Shown: positions 13,636-26,264, numbered from the stretch's first letter. The stretch: 64,000 nucleotides of DNA from Chiloscyllium plagiosum (GCF_004010195.1 NC_057749.1:19488661-19552660), one strand, 5' to 3'. Notes: generated by a model from the letters alone, not told the origin. Made by a program: numbers and translations.

Positions 13636-13991
13636 AAGGACAGCGAATACACAGGAACATCACATGCAAGTTTCTCTCCAAGCCTCACACCACCCTGATG
13701 TGGAACTACATTGCTGTTCCCTCAATGTCACTGATTCAAAACTCTCCTCCTGGATGAAGGGTGAAAAGTTCCTACTGGCACTGCAGATGTTCCTACATCC
13801 TAAGGACTGCAGTAGTTCAAGAAGGCTGCTCACCACTATCTTCGAAATGGAAATTAGGAAAGGGCAGTAAATTTTGGCCTAGCATACCTTCAACTGATTA
13901 AAAGCAAGCCATGGGATCTTTTGCATCCAAATGTGCGAACAAGGGTTTTAAATTAAGCATTGTATCTGCAAGTCAGTACAGTCCCACAGTA

Positions 13992-14202
13992 GGCGGAAGT
14001 GGGTACTGCAGATGCTGGAGGTCAGAGTCAAGATTAGGGTGGTGCTGGAAAAGCACAGCAGGTCAGGCAGCACCCGAACAGCAGGAAAAATTTTAAAAAA
14101 AAAAAACGACATTTCGGGTAAAAGCCCTTTATCAGGAATTCGAGTTTTCCTGCTCTTCGGGTGCTGCCTGACCTGCTGTGCTTTTCCAGCACCACTAATT
14201 TG
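13992..14202. mobile_element. Penelope-derived family A inverted dimer
   Basis: CTGCAGATGCTGGAG...GGTCAGGCAGCA followed by its reverse complement; flanked by ACAGTC(C/A)CACAGTA at 13978-13991 and 14203-14216. Confidence 0.75.
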
Positions 14203-14783
14203 ACAGTCACACAGTATCACCACCATTGTCATAGTAGATTTTTGCGCTCAAGGGCTCGTGGAGGAATTTGAACCCACAAACATCCGACTCACTGAGTCAT
14301 GATTGATTGTGATCAGTATCAGCAATGTACATAGTGAAAAATGTATGGTAACAGAGATTTAAAACATTACACAGGATTCTGAAGTATTACAAGAGAAAAT
14401 ATGAACTATTTTGTATTGAAGTGCAGAGGGAAGCAATTGCCTGGCATGGATCTTGTTAAAAATGCCTAAATAAACGTACTTAAGATTACAAAAGTCCTAT
14501 CTCTCAAAGTATACATATACTCAGTAACCAACTGGTTTTGCCCCATGACAATCAACTATCTGAAAACTGGACAAAATACGAAAGTATATCAAATTTTTGA
14601 CCATACTCACTGGCTTACTAATTAGAAACTTACCATTAGCAATCTAAACTGTGGAATCAGGAGGCTGTATGTTTGAATGGAAACGGCTTCCATTGCGTTA
14701 CAAAAAAAAAAGCATTAAGCAGCATAGCCCATTCATCCCCTTGATCAGCTACATTACTTCATGAGGTCACAGCTCATTTAATC

Positions 14784-14997
14784 TTCTAGGAGAAAGTGAG
14801 AACTGCAGATGCTGGAGATCAGAGCTGAAAATTTGTTGCTGGAAAAGCGCAGGTCAGGCAGCATCCAAGGAGCAGGAGAATCGACGTTTTGGGCATGAGC
14901 CCTTCTTCCTGAAGAAGGGCTCATGCCCGAAACGTCGATTCTCCTGCTCCTTGGATGCTGCCTGACCTGTTGCGCTTTTCCAGCAACGCATTTTCAG
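14784..14997. mobile_element. Penelope-derived family A palindromic element
   Basis: Near-perfect inverted arms centred at ~14908; 16 bp direct repeat CACAGCTCATTTAATC at 14768-14783 and 14998-15013. Confidence 0.85.
14905..14940 (+). ncRNA. Putative minimal hammerhead ribozyme (PLE type)
   Basis: CTGAAGA-A-GGGC-TCAT-GCCC-GAAA-CGTC; stem I weak because it sits at the inversion junction. Confidence 0.5.
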
Positions 14998-16279
14998 CAC
15001 AGCTCATTTAATCACAACCTCAACTCCACCCTCCTGACTGTCCCCATAAATTTCCTGACTAGCTCTGAATCAAAAATTTAATTCAGCTTTCAATAAGTGC
15101 TCCTCGGATGCTGCCTGACCTGCTGTGCTTTTCCAGCGCCACACTCTCGACAGCCTCCACACTGTTCTCTGGATAAGAGAATTCCAGATTATCAACTCAG
15201 AAAAAAAAGTCATCCTCATTTCAATCTTAAATGAGAAGTCCCTTAGTTCTGGATTCTGTTCTGAGGTCTTGAAACAGCCTTCTCAGCATCTGCCCTGCCA
15301 TTCAAGAGTGAATGTTTCAAGGTCACCTCCCATTCTACTCAATGCCAATGGGTATAGATCTAACCTTCTTTCAAACGATCACCCCTTCACCCAGGAATCA
15401 GTCAGCACACAGTGAGCACACACAATATTGAAACACAACCAGACCTGTTAAAGGCCAAATGCTGATATAAATAAACCCACACGCAAGTGTGCTGTCTCCC
15501 AAGTGAATGACACACTTCAATTCCATCACATCTAACCTACTTCAAAAATACAGAACAACCTGCAGCCGATGTCTAAACTTTGAGACAAAACTGCAGTTTA
15601 TTTGTTTCATGAGTAGATTTACTTCCAGACATCCAAACAGCCCCAAATGTCAACCTAGAAAGTAGGCTGATGAATCACCCAGTGCAAGGGCTATGAATTT
15701 TCACTTGAAAGTGCCAAAGTGTAGTAAATTCTTCTGTCTGTTTGGAAGTGCAAGTAAAAACAATAGGGAGATGGTTTGATCAACCGATACATGTTTACAG
15801 TTGAAACTATGTTTAGGCTGCGACAAACATCAATATACATTGTGTAGCTGTAACGTAAGAACTATAGTGGGAACAACGTGAGTAACTGAAGTGCCATAAT
15901 GATACAAAAAGCTCATCCCACAAATTGGCAGATTTTTCAACTAGCCTATGAATGAGTCATATGAAAAAACCTTCAGCCCCTACTAAAAGCACAAAGAACT
16001 GACTGGGTTAATGCAAATACCATGAAATCTGGTAATAGTTGTATCTAATAATACTTCCTCCTCAGCAATTATGTTACAAGGTAGTTACGGTTAAATTGAG
16101 AAGCAGCATCTCAACTTGCATAAATTATTAAACTGTTCATTACCATTAGCTTTCTCATCATCAGGTAGTTTTGTGTAAATCTGTACCTTATGCAGCAAAT
16201 CACAATAATAAGCATTTATATTGTACTCTTTTATGTGAAGAAAAATGACAAGGTACTTCACAAGTAGACAAGAAAGCAA

Positions 16280-17490
16280 GGGCAAAAAGAAATTCCATGT
16301 CAAAGCAAGGAAGGTTAAGATTATGCAAGGGGAAAAATGAAGACATACCATATTGCAAAGGCCAGAGGAGTGGAAATCTTTTAAAAATCAACTTTGGGCC
16401 ATTTTTAAAAAGTAATAAAAGGAGTAAAAGGTTAATTATGAAAGAACTAATCCAAAATATGAAAATGGATCACAAAAGTTGCTATAAATATATAAAAAAA
16501 GAATAGAGTAACCAAAACGAAAGTTGGTCCCTTAGAAGACTGGGTAGTCGATAGTGGGGAACACATGGCAGACACAGAATCAATACTTCGCCTCAGTTTT
16601 CACAGTGGAGGACAATGAAACTACCTCAATTGTTACAGGTAACAGAGACTATAGAAAAAGAGGAACTTTTAAAAATTGCCATTACGAGGGGAAGAATTAC
16701 AGAGCAAACTATTGGGATTAAAAGCATGAAAGTCCCCTTGGCCTGTTGGCCTACAGCATAGGGTCTTAAATGAAGAGTCTGGAAAAATGGGTCCTTTTCT
16801 AGTTGACAAGCTATAACAGGGTTTGGTCCTCAGGCCCTAACTTTTTACAATCTATATCAGTGACTTGAACGCAGGGATAGAATGCACTGCAAATGAGACT
16901 AAAGAAAGTTGGAAACTAAGTTTCAATGAAGAAATAAGAAATTTAAAAGCGGATACAAATAGGTTAGGTGAATGAACCAAAATCTGGCAAATGGAGTTTA
17001 ATGTGAATAGTGAGAGATCATCCATCCATTTTGGTTAAATAAAATAAACAAGGCAATTTAATCACGTAAATGAAGAGAAACTTCACAGTGCTTCAGTACA
17101 GGGGGATCCAGGTACTCTTGTGCATGAATCACAAAAGGCTCATACATAGATACAGCAGGCAGTAGTTCTAGTTGAACTGCTCCTAGTTCTTATGTAGAAT
17201 GGATGGTTACCATTGTGGGGCAATCACGATCAAGATGTCAACTTTGAGTTCAAGGATGACAGATTTAAAACACAGATGAGGAAGAATTACTTCTCACAAA
17301 GGGTCATGAATCTGCAGGCGTTGGGAAACGAAATACATTTGAGGGGATAAACAGATTTTTAATTAATGGGTTAAAAGATTACGGGCAGCACGCAGGAAAG
17401 TGGAGTTGAGGCCGCAACGATCATATTAAATGGTGGTGCAGGCTCAGGGGGCTGAAATGCCTTTTCTTCCTTCTAGCTTTCATGTTCTTA
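16280..17490 (+). mobile_element. Old, internally deleted CR1 LINE remnant
   Basis: Degenerate CR1 ORF2 segments (NMKMDHKSCYKYIKK, NQYFASVFTVED, IWQMEFNV) and CR1-type 3' UTR. Confidence 0.75.
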
Positions 17491-18605
17491 AGACAGTTAG
17501 GAAGAGAGACTAGAGTGGGAAACACTGATTAAAGGAGGATTGAAAGGTTTAAACAAAATGGAAGAATGGAAGAGCAAGGAATTTTCGGCTAACAGAATGA
17601 AGTGCCAGGCATTGTACATTTTCCAGTTAAATAAAAACTTGGGATAACTGTTTGCTGATGTATTCCCCACAGCAATGGCTCAAAGTCCAATTACCTACTA
17701 ATTAGTACCCTTTTCTCATGCACTGTTATTCTCGAATTCTTAGGCATTCTTGGGATCTGTCCTGATGAGTGCAAAATTGAAAGCTTCAATGATGAGTCTC
17801 TTCTTTCAGCAATAAGCATGCGAGTTATACAGATGAAGATGTTTATGGTCAACATATAACACATTATTATCCAGTAACTTGCTTCAAATGCATAACAAAA
17901 TAAATGAATGAATGAACTACTTTGATTACAAATTATTTCTTCAAAATCTATATGCAGGTTCCCAGGACAGATATGGTGATGGAAGATTATTTTTATGTCC
18001 TGAAGTGCTCTTACGCACAATTGAACAATTATATTTCCCATCACTAAATCACCTCTTCACCACCACCAATAAATCACCAGCATTTTCCAATGATTATTTT
18101 AAATGCAAAGCCCACTAAGGGCAATACAGACCATCAAAAGGTGAGGGAGAGGGACTGAATCAATGGGAGAGATGGTAGATTACAATTACCCTTGTTTGAC
18201 AAATCCAATATCAAGCCAAAGTAGGCTCATAGTAATTGCTGGCCAGCCAGTGACAACCAACACTCAACTAGGTAAATTTTATGAAGAGGATCTCTCCACT
18301 CATTGTTAGACAACCATAGAAGTTAATGCCCTCATTTGTTCTGAGGGAGGGTTATTGGGCCCAAAACATTAATTCTACTTTCTCTACACAGATGCTGCCT
18401 CACCTGGTAAGTTTTTCCAACAATTTCTGTTTTCTGCTGTTCTTTTGGTTTTTTGCCCCAATAGATTTGATGGCCTTAGCTGTACAAGTACAGAAACTCA
18501 TGAATGCAATGGTTACACAGTCAACATTAGACTAGCTTTTTATTCCAAATTTATATTGAATGCAAATTTCCACCACTTGAAAATGACTGTTTCCCATGGC
18601 AATTT

Positions 18606-18875
18606 AGAGTTATAGAGATGTACAGCACGGAAACAGACCCTTTTGAGGTCCATGTCAACTAGATATCCTAACCTAATCTAGTCCCATTTGTCAGCATTTG
18701 GTCCATAATCTCTCTAAACCATCCCTCTTTATATACCCATCCAGATGCTTTTTAAGTGTTGCAATTACACCAGCCTCTACCACTTCCTCTGGCAGCTCAT
18801 TCCATACACCCACCACCCTCTGTGAAAACGTTACCCCTTTGGTCTCTTTTATATCTTTCCCCTCTAACCCAAACT
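18606..18875 (-). mobile_element. CR1 (HER1-like) 3' end
   Basis: Homologous to 5768-6040. Confidence 0.88.
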
Positions 18876-19208
18876 TGTAATTTGCAATTATAATAAATTA
18901 TGCACTCAAGAGGGAGATAGCACAGGGCAGGGCAACACTAGGCACATGGACACACAAGATGGCCACTGAGCCATCAGTTGGCCAACCTGACACGTAAGAT
19001 GGCTGCCGGATCACAACATGGTGAGAAAAAGCAGAGCAGATACAGACACTTTCTGAGGCCACCAGAATGCTAGCACAATGCACTCTTTTAGTTTAAGGCT
19101 GGTGGGGGAGAGAATACATATGAGCAACGAACACTGCCCACCAAAGTATATGGGTTCAGCCAGCACCTCTTATAGAAATGCTAACAACTTGATACAGACT
19201 CAATGAAA

Positions 19209-19762
19209 TGTTAATGTCCTGGGCTGCAGTAATTGCCCTTGGCCTTGCTGAATTGCCTGTAGTGTTAGGTGCATTAGTCAGGGGTGAATGTAGGGGAATG
19301 GGTCTGGGTGGGTTGCTCTTCGGAGGGTCAGTGTGGACTTATTGGGCCGAAGGGCCTGTTTCCACACTGTAGTGAACCTAATCTAATCTAAAAAGGGATT
19401 AGCGCCCATTACTACAGCAATGGATTTCCATGCAGGCATTGAAACTGACATTGTCAGTTCCAGTGTAAACAATGACCACACGGAAATTAATAAAGGCTGT
19501 CTGGGACTGACAAAGACTGTATCGAAACTATCAATGATTCTGTAACGATTACTATAAACAAACCATGTGCAAAGACAATAGTCTCATGTATCAAAAGATG
19601 TATAAACATTTCTCAACGTGTTCCAGGTTCAGAGAAAACTTGCAACTGACTTCTGTGTCATTGGTGTCTTTCTCTCCCCAGAGCTCCGGCATTTCCTTAT
19701 GCAATAAACTCTGTCATTGAACTCCAACTCTGACTCCAAGACTGGTGATTTTCCCCACAACA
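19209..19762 (+). mobile_element. Possible solo LTR (5' boundary uncertain) with an HE1 3' half at 19241-19393
   Basis: TGTT...AACA ends, TATAAA at ~19601, AATAAA at ~19703; no target duplication found. Confidence 0.4.
19241..19393 (+). mobile_element. HE1-like SINE 3' half
   Basis: Matches 4285-4430, including the (AATCT)n tail. Confidence 0.88.
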
Positions 19763-20210
19763 TGCACGATTAAAACCAAACCATGATCGCAGTGGGAATA
19801 ATTCTCACCTACCTTTCTGAATTGTTACCGTTATCTTTGCTCTGTTCCTACAGCCAGAAAGCTCAAACACATCATTCCTTTCACTCTGATTCTGCATTTT
19901 GCCATGCAGTTTAATCCAACTTTTAAGTTAACCTTGTTTCACTATTAATCATCTTATGTTTATAGTCCAGCTGCACTTACTCTTTGGACATTTGTACTAT
20001 TCCTTAGATTAGTCTACCTTAAATGATGTGAATTACAATTTGTGAAAGAGTGTTACTGTGCACAGATTAATATTTAACACATATACACAGGAGAAGATAA
20101 TCAAAAGTTGAAGGCAAAAGTTAGATGGAAAAAGCCAAGGGCGTACCAAATGCCCTCACAAAAACCTACTTCACCCACACTAAACGTTGCAATTTGACAG
20201 ACTAAAATCT

Positions 20211-20336
20211 CATTCAGAACTTATGCTCGAAAAGTTGACTCTCCTGCTCCTCGGATACTGCCTGACCTGTTGTGCTTTTCCAGCACCACACTTTTCGACT
20301 CTGATCTCCAGCATCTGCAGACCTCAATTTCTCCAT
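20211..20336 (+). mobile_element. Penelope-derived family A fragment
   Basis: CTCCTGCTCCTCGGATACTGCCTGACCTG...CTCCAGCATCTGCAG; flanked by AGACT(A/G)AAATCT. Confidence 0.75.
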
Positions 20337-20596
20337 AGACTGAAATCTTTCATCGATGTTGCAAAAATGATGGTTACGAAATCAAACTGTCATGGTGGTA
20401 CTCTCAGAGTACTGTTCTGTAGTTACGTCTACCCCGGGAGATGTACAATGGTACTCAACATTAGAAAGCAGAAATAATCCATGGATGGTGAGCGTCATGT
20501 CAGGTGTGGTTTCTGATGACTTCCTGTCAGCTCAGGTCAAGGCTGTGGAATTGAGCAATTATTTCAATAGTGCAACATTTCCCATGAAGAAAAATA

Positions 20597-20798
20597 CAGA
20601 ATAGTCCACAAGCATAAAGCTGTGGATATGTTGAATAATATATACTATGAAACAAGCATATTACTGATAAAACATGAGGGTCTCTGGACAGTATACTCAA
20701 TTTGGGGCAACAGCTGTCATTAATTTGCAACATGACAGTTGCAAGCAAGGCATATATTATTCAACATATCAACAGGTTTATGCTCATGGACTATTCTG
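20597..20798. mobile_element. MITE-like element, Tc1/mariner-style (TA-flanked, CAG-starting inverted repeats)
   Basis: ~50 bp imperfect inverted repeats CAGAATAGTCC...TTGAATAATATAT and ATATATTATTCAA...GGACTATTCTG, with TA on both sides. Confidence 0.6.
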
Positions 20799-21989
20799 TA
20801 TTTTTCATTTTTGCCATGACAGCTCTGACAAAGAATAGATTTGCTGCCAGAACTTTGATGCATGCAAAGTGTGATTAATCTTTTTGGGAACCAGTCCTGT
20901 CAGACAGCATATTCACTTTAACAACATTATGACGACAAAATACTTTAAGATCTAATAATCTACCACCAGTGCTGAATCATGGTGTGACTCTGATCATAAC
21001 AGCCTCAAACAACCAATGATAATCCATACCTACAATAAGAAACAGCATCTAATACAATTCTATAACAAATCTCATACACAGATGCTTCTGACTGTGAAAC
21101 ATCATCATACAGTTTAGCTAATCTAATGATTACAAGATAAATATAGAGAGCTATTCACCTCCATCTAGCCCCTCTATGTAGAATGAGTGCACCCAACTGC
21201 TTTATGGCAGCGAGTTTCGATGAAAAGTATGAGAGTAGGGAGACCACTAACATTAAGTTAATGTCACTATCAACTTTTTTTTTTTAAAACAGTTTTTCAA
21301 AACACTTGATGCCAACAGATGCTGGCATTTTGATTTAGGAATTACATACCATCAAGCTAGCAGTGCTGAGAGAGGTCTTTTTCAAATCTCCAAGCTCACA
21401 AAAAAAGTGTAGTGAAAATAAAAGAGTTGCCTGGGTGTGAAGCACTCATATACACCGTTTTTTTAAAAAAAACTTGGGCCATTTTGGAAATGATATCCTT
21501 TTACAATGCTGGTTTTCACACAAAGCCATTTAAGACAGTGAAGAATAAGTTACTCCACTGTTTATAACAGCAAATATTTATGCAGCACTTCTAACATAAC
21601 AAAGCATTCTAGGTTGTACAAGTGCCACATAAGGAGATATTAAGCCAGATGACCAAAACCTCAGTCCACGAGGTAGAGTTGAAACATGTTTTAAAAGAGG
21701 AAAGAGAGGTTGAGATAGGAGCGTACGCAATTGAAGATATGACCACCAGTAACTAACTTGAGAGCCCTTTCATAGATCTACAACAGTATGATGGACTCAA
21801 GTGAAGCAATTAAAATTTGTGATGCCCAAGAGGAGCGAATCAGGTAAATGCAAATTTCCCAGAGGTTACGGGGGTGGAGAAGATTATGGAGATAGAGGGG
21901 GCTGAGACTATGGCGGTCTTGAAAGCAAGAATGTGAACTTGAAAATCAATACTGGGAGCCAATGTTGGTCAACAAATACATAATACCGC

Positions 21990-22125
21990 GAAAGTGAGGA
22001 CTGCAGATGCTGGAGCTTAGAGTCAAGATTAGAGTGGTGCTGGAAAGCACAGCAGATCAGGCAGCATCCAAGAAGCAGGGGAAAAAAAAAAAATCAACAT
22101 TTCGGGCAGGAGCCTTTCATCAGGA
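21990..22125 (-). mobile_element. Penelope-derived family A fragment
   Basis: AAAGTGAGGACTGCAGATGCTGGAG...TTCATCAGG; AATACATAATA duplicated on both flanks. Confidence 0.78.
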
Positions 22126-22709
22126 ATACATAATAACCTCTGTCCTAGCTTCATTCAGGAGGTTGAGCATTTCTTTTTCGGCTCAGTAAGTAGTGCTGGA
22201 CTCAGAGCTCAAGATACCTCAAACAACAGCACATCATGACTTTCACACCAACTGGTAGCACATTCCAGGATACAACTTACTCTTACTGTTGCTATACTGT
22301 CAGCTTACCTGTTGAGTTCAGTGTACATGGGGCTCTCTCAAGTTTACCTTCGGAGCATTTGGATGGGGTAGGTGGCAAGGCAGGTTGAGCTCTCTTCATT
22401 GGAAGTTTAGAAGAATGAGAGATAAATAATTGAAACAGAGGATCTTAAGAGTTCTTGACAGGGTCAGAGAAACCAGAGAAAAGAGCGTTAGTTTAAAAAC
22501 GTGTCTCCCACTTAAGATAAATATAGAGAATTTAATTTTCTTCATGAATCTTTGAAACTCTCTTCCCCAGAGAAGGGCTGAAGCTTGTACCATTGAATAC
22601 TTTTAAAGGCAGGAGTAAAGAGATTCTTGACTAACAAGGGAGTCCATCAGAAAGTCAGGTTGTGGCCACAATCAGATCAGCCATGTCGTAGAGAGGCCAA
22701 AAGCTTTGT

Positions 22710-22918
22710 TGGGTGGACGGTTGATCTACAATGCAGAGCAACAGTATGGATTCAAATTCCCACACTGGCTTACATGAAGCACACTAGGTGACGATGAAGG
22801 ACTATCCTTTACAACCTTGTCCCATGCCTGAGGCACAGTGACTCTCAGGTTAAACCAATGCCTCTCTCTGAGGGAGGAGCCCCATCATCTGTTGGACTAT
22901 GGTGACTTTGACTTTACC
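22710..22918 (+). mobile_element. tRNA-derived SINE, family Y (other copies 40820-41108 and 41320-41522 on -)
   Basis: Shared body CCTGAGG...GTGAC.CTCAGGTTAAACCA and tail GGACTATGG.GACTTT across three copies. Confidence 0.65.
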
Positions 22919-22952
22919 TTTCGGTCATTAAACTTGGCTAAAGAATATATAA

Positions 22953-23047
22953 TTCCTGATGAAAGGCTTATGCCCGAAACAGCGATTCTCCAGCTCCTTG
23001 GATGCTGCCTGACCTGCTGTGCTTTTCCAGCACCATACTCTCAACTC
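22953..23047 (+). mobile_element. Penelope-derived family A fragment starting at the hammerhead core
   Basis: TTCCTGATGAAAGGCTTATGCCCGAAAC...; AAG(A/G)ATATAT on both flanks. Confidence 0.75.
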
Positions 23048-23326
23048 GAAAGGATATATGGCAACACATAATACCTCAACATAAATGTAATGGTAACATT
23101 TAATAATTTAATTTTATAATACACACCCTAACTACAATAAGCATATTTGACAATGTCCTACATGATAATGGGATACTCTTAAAGCATAGACAAAGTGTCC
23201 ATTTTGAGCAAGGGCTGCATAGTCTAAGCAGAGTTTGAAAGAGCACTTGAAGAAATCAGAATTATAAAACCTCTGACACCGATCCATATAGTCAATGGCC
23301 CCCACAGAAGGTGTGGAATCACACAT

Positions 23327-23660
23327 TTAGATTAGATTAGATTACATTAGATTTAGATTACATTACAGTGTGGAAACAGGCCCTTCGGCCCAACAAGTCC
23401 ACACCGACCCGCCGAAGCGCAACCCACCCATACCCCTACATTTACCCCTTACCTAACACTACAGGCAATTTAGCATGGCCAATTCACCTGACCTACACAT
23501 CTTTGGACTGTGGGAGGAAACCGGAGCACCCGGAGGAAACCCACGCAGACACGGGGAGAACGTGCAAACTCCACACAGTCAGTTGCCTGAGGCGGGAATT
23601 GAACCCGGGTTTCAAGCGCTGTGAGGCAGCAGTGCTAACCACTGTGCCACCGTGCCACCC
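23327..23660 (-). mobile_element. HE1-like V-SINE, full length, young-looking
   Basis: CpG-rich intact head GGGTGGCACGGTGGCACAGTGG, V-domain and long (AATCT)n tail. Confidence 0.92.
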
Positions 23661-23963
23661 ACGAAGCTGAACAACAGGAAGCTAATACAAGCAGGTTTGG
23701 CACATGGTGAAGGAGGAGTTTACCATGGAAACCAAGCATATAAATAAATGTTTGTTGAACTGGTGTAAAAATAAATGCCACTTTGGCAACTGACTAGGCC
23801 TGTTTTCAGGACATATGCTATATCTAAATAGATCAGGAAGCACAAAACTTGCAAGGAAAGCACAGTGAAAAATCATTTAAGTTAAGCGAAGAGGACATGG
23901 AGGGTTCTGCTGCCACAAATGAATTAGTGAGTTTATGAAATCCAGCAGCCAGATGTGAACACA

Positions 23964-24588
23964 TGCGACGACACTATGGCTTTAAGAGATGTATCTTGTC
24001 CTGGGTTTTGTTTGGAGAGAGATTTTAGGTCAGAGATGACAAGATGGCTATTGAAAGGCCATAAAGTGAACAGCTTGTGAGGACTTGGGTTGTTTATCCT
24101 TTTTCAAAAAAAAAAGTAGGAATAATAGAATCAGCCTAAATGGGTCAGGCAAGCTCCCACAGAATGAGGATTTTTAGTTTTCAGCAATTGTTGCTGGGGT
24201 CTCAGCTGGGTTAGGAAGCTGCAGTACATCTCCCTCTCTTTGAGTTTTCTCTGAAGGTAGATTTGCATGTGCGATAGTCTATTTTACTGAATTTGCCTTT
24301 TCCAAGGGTGTGTTTATTGGATGTTACTATATTGAAACAATTAATGTTAAGTAGTCTATTATTCTGTTAAGTTTTCCAATAGAGTTACATTATTCCAATT
24401 TCTTCTGTCTTTTGTTTATTCTTACGCTATGATTAAAATACAAGTGTTATTTTCGCTTAATGTCAAATAGTTTGACCAACTGAACTGCATCTGGAATGTA
24501 ACACCTTACACATGTTTAAAATAAGAAAAGTTAGCATCCAGAATATCTTCTGAATATATTTTGAGGGGGTTTGGCCTGGTCCATAACA
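23964..24588. mobile_element. Solo LTR (Gypsy/ERV type)
   Basis: 5' TG...CATAACA 3' with 4 bp duplication CACA at 23960-23963 and 24589-24592; 625 bp, non-coding. Confidence 0.6.
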
Positions 24589-24683
24589 CACAGCAAATGC
24601 TCTCAGTACCGACTGTTAACAAGCTGCACAATTTCTAACTCAGGAGAGTGAGGCCACTTTATTGCTGGGGAAAATAACAATTA

Positions 24684-24983
24684 TAGAGTTACAGATGAAC
24701 AGCATGGAAACAGACCCTCAGTCCAACATGTCCACGCCAACCAGATATTCTAACCTAATCTAGTCCCATTTGTCAGCATTTGAGCCAAATCCCTCTAAAT
24801 CCTTCCTATTCATTCACCAATCCAGATGCCTTTTAAATGTTGCCATTGCACCAGCCTCCATCACTTCCTCTGGCAGCTCATTCCATACACACACACCACC
24901 CTTTACGTGAAAAAGTTGCTCCTTATGTCCCTTTTAAATCTTTGCTCTCGCACCCTAAACGTAGGTCTTCTAGTTCTGGACTT
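24684..24983 (-). mobile_element. CR1 (HER1-like) 3' end
   Basis: Homologous to 5768-6060. Confidence 0.88.
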
Positions 24984-25297
24984 CATAGAATCATAAAAGC
25001 CCTACAGTGTGGAAACAAGTCCACACCGACCCTCCGAAGAATAACCTACCCAGACCCACTCTCCTACTACCTAACTAATGCACCTAACCTACACATCCCT
25101 GAACACACTCTAGGCAACTTTAGCATGACCAATTCACCTAACCTGCACATTTCTGGATTGTGGGAGGAAACCGGCGTACCTGGGGGAAACCCACGCAAAC
25201 ACAGGGTGTGTCCGCAAACTCCACACAGATAGTTGCCTGCGGCTGGAATTGAACCTGGGTCCCTGGCACTGTGAAGCAGCAGTGCTAACCACTGAGC
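24984..25297 (-). mobile_element. HE1-like V-SINE variant
   Basis: V-domain and tRNA head in reverse orientation. Confidence 0.85.
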
Positions 25298-26264
25298 TGA
25301 CTTCTTTAAGCAAACTAAATATTGACAAACTGGAAAACAAAAATAATATTAAATATAACAATCTAATCTCAACTTGCTAGTTTACTAGTTGTTACAGATG
25401 CATATGTAATTCAAACATTGTCTGCAGGTCAGCAAGAGAATGAATTCTAATAAGCAGGCCTTAGGATGCAAGATGAAAAACAAGACTCTGGTAAACAAAA
25501 TTTGTCAACTGCCAGGATTATATCGTGTTGAGAATTTTCTTCTCTGGATGCAAGCTCTTTGCAAGTTCAATTTCAGTCACCCTGTCCTAATGTGCCTCAG
25601 AACAGAGACTTTCAATTCTTAAGCTGTACAGTGGACATCCCAAATGGCCTGACAGCAAATCTTTCAAATATCAAGTGAACAACTGTTTTTCTTTCAAATT
25701 AAAAGGAAATATCTCCCCAGCCTTAATGCTAAACTGGCCCAAGTTTTCTTTCTCCCAAGTGTTTCTACACCAAATCCAAAAGGTTCTCTGGCATTTGTAT
25801 GTTAGGTGGCGAGGGGTGTAAAAACACAGAAATAGCACGATGCTGATTATATACCCTGCTCTCACAGGGTAGGACTAATTAACCAAACTGGTCTTCATTG
25901 GAACACACAGAAAATTGACAAGAGCACAGTGTTCCAATACTGCAGATTCAAAACTGCTGCAGAAATACTCTACAGATGCCAATGGTTTGTCATGATCAAT
26001 GGCATTAAGTGTTACAACATTTCTGGAAGCATTCCAACTAAACTCAGACACTTGAGGCACATTCTACCGATGACAGGGAAATGACTGTTTTATCGGTGAA
26101 TTGTGTTGATTGGAGCTAAAATGTCACCAACACTATTCAGCTTGGCACATCCAATGCTCCTTTCTTGTTTCTAGAATTGCTTCCTTGTGAAGCTGAAAGC
26201 TAATCACCAGTATAACTGCAGGAAAACAGCATCAGGTTCCCTCATATGTGAGGTCATGAGCATC

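Larger units (their letters stand above)
8420..13885 (+). mobile_element. Fragmented near-full-length CR1/L2-type LINE (APE endonuclease + RT), host to several nested insertions
   Basis: Endonuclease-like remnant 9460-9990 (GSHEVSRHQVKHG*GNLLLITTY), RT remnants (KTAKAMCPDNILAIVL; PSAPDLITSSVQTW; MEYSPLAWMGAAPTTLKKLDTI), 3' tail near 13850-13885; 5' region at 8425-8495 and 9238-9400. Confidence 0.8.

Noticed and set aside
17691..18118. 117 aa and 68 aa ORFs
   Set aside because: AT-rich; the plus strand weakly resembles a decayed RT C-terminus, not a host gene
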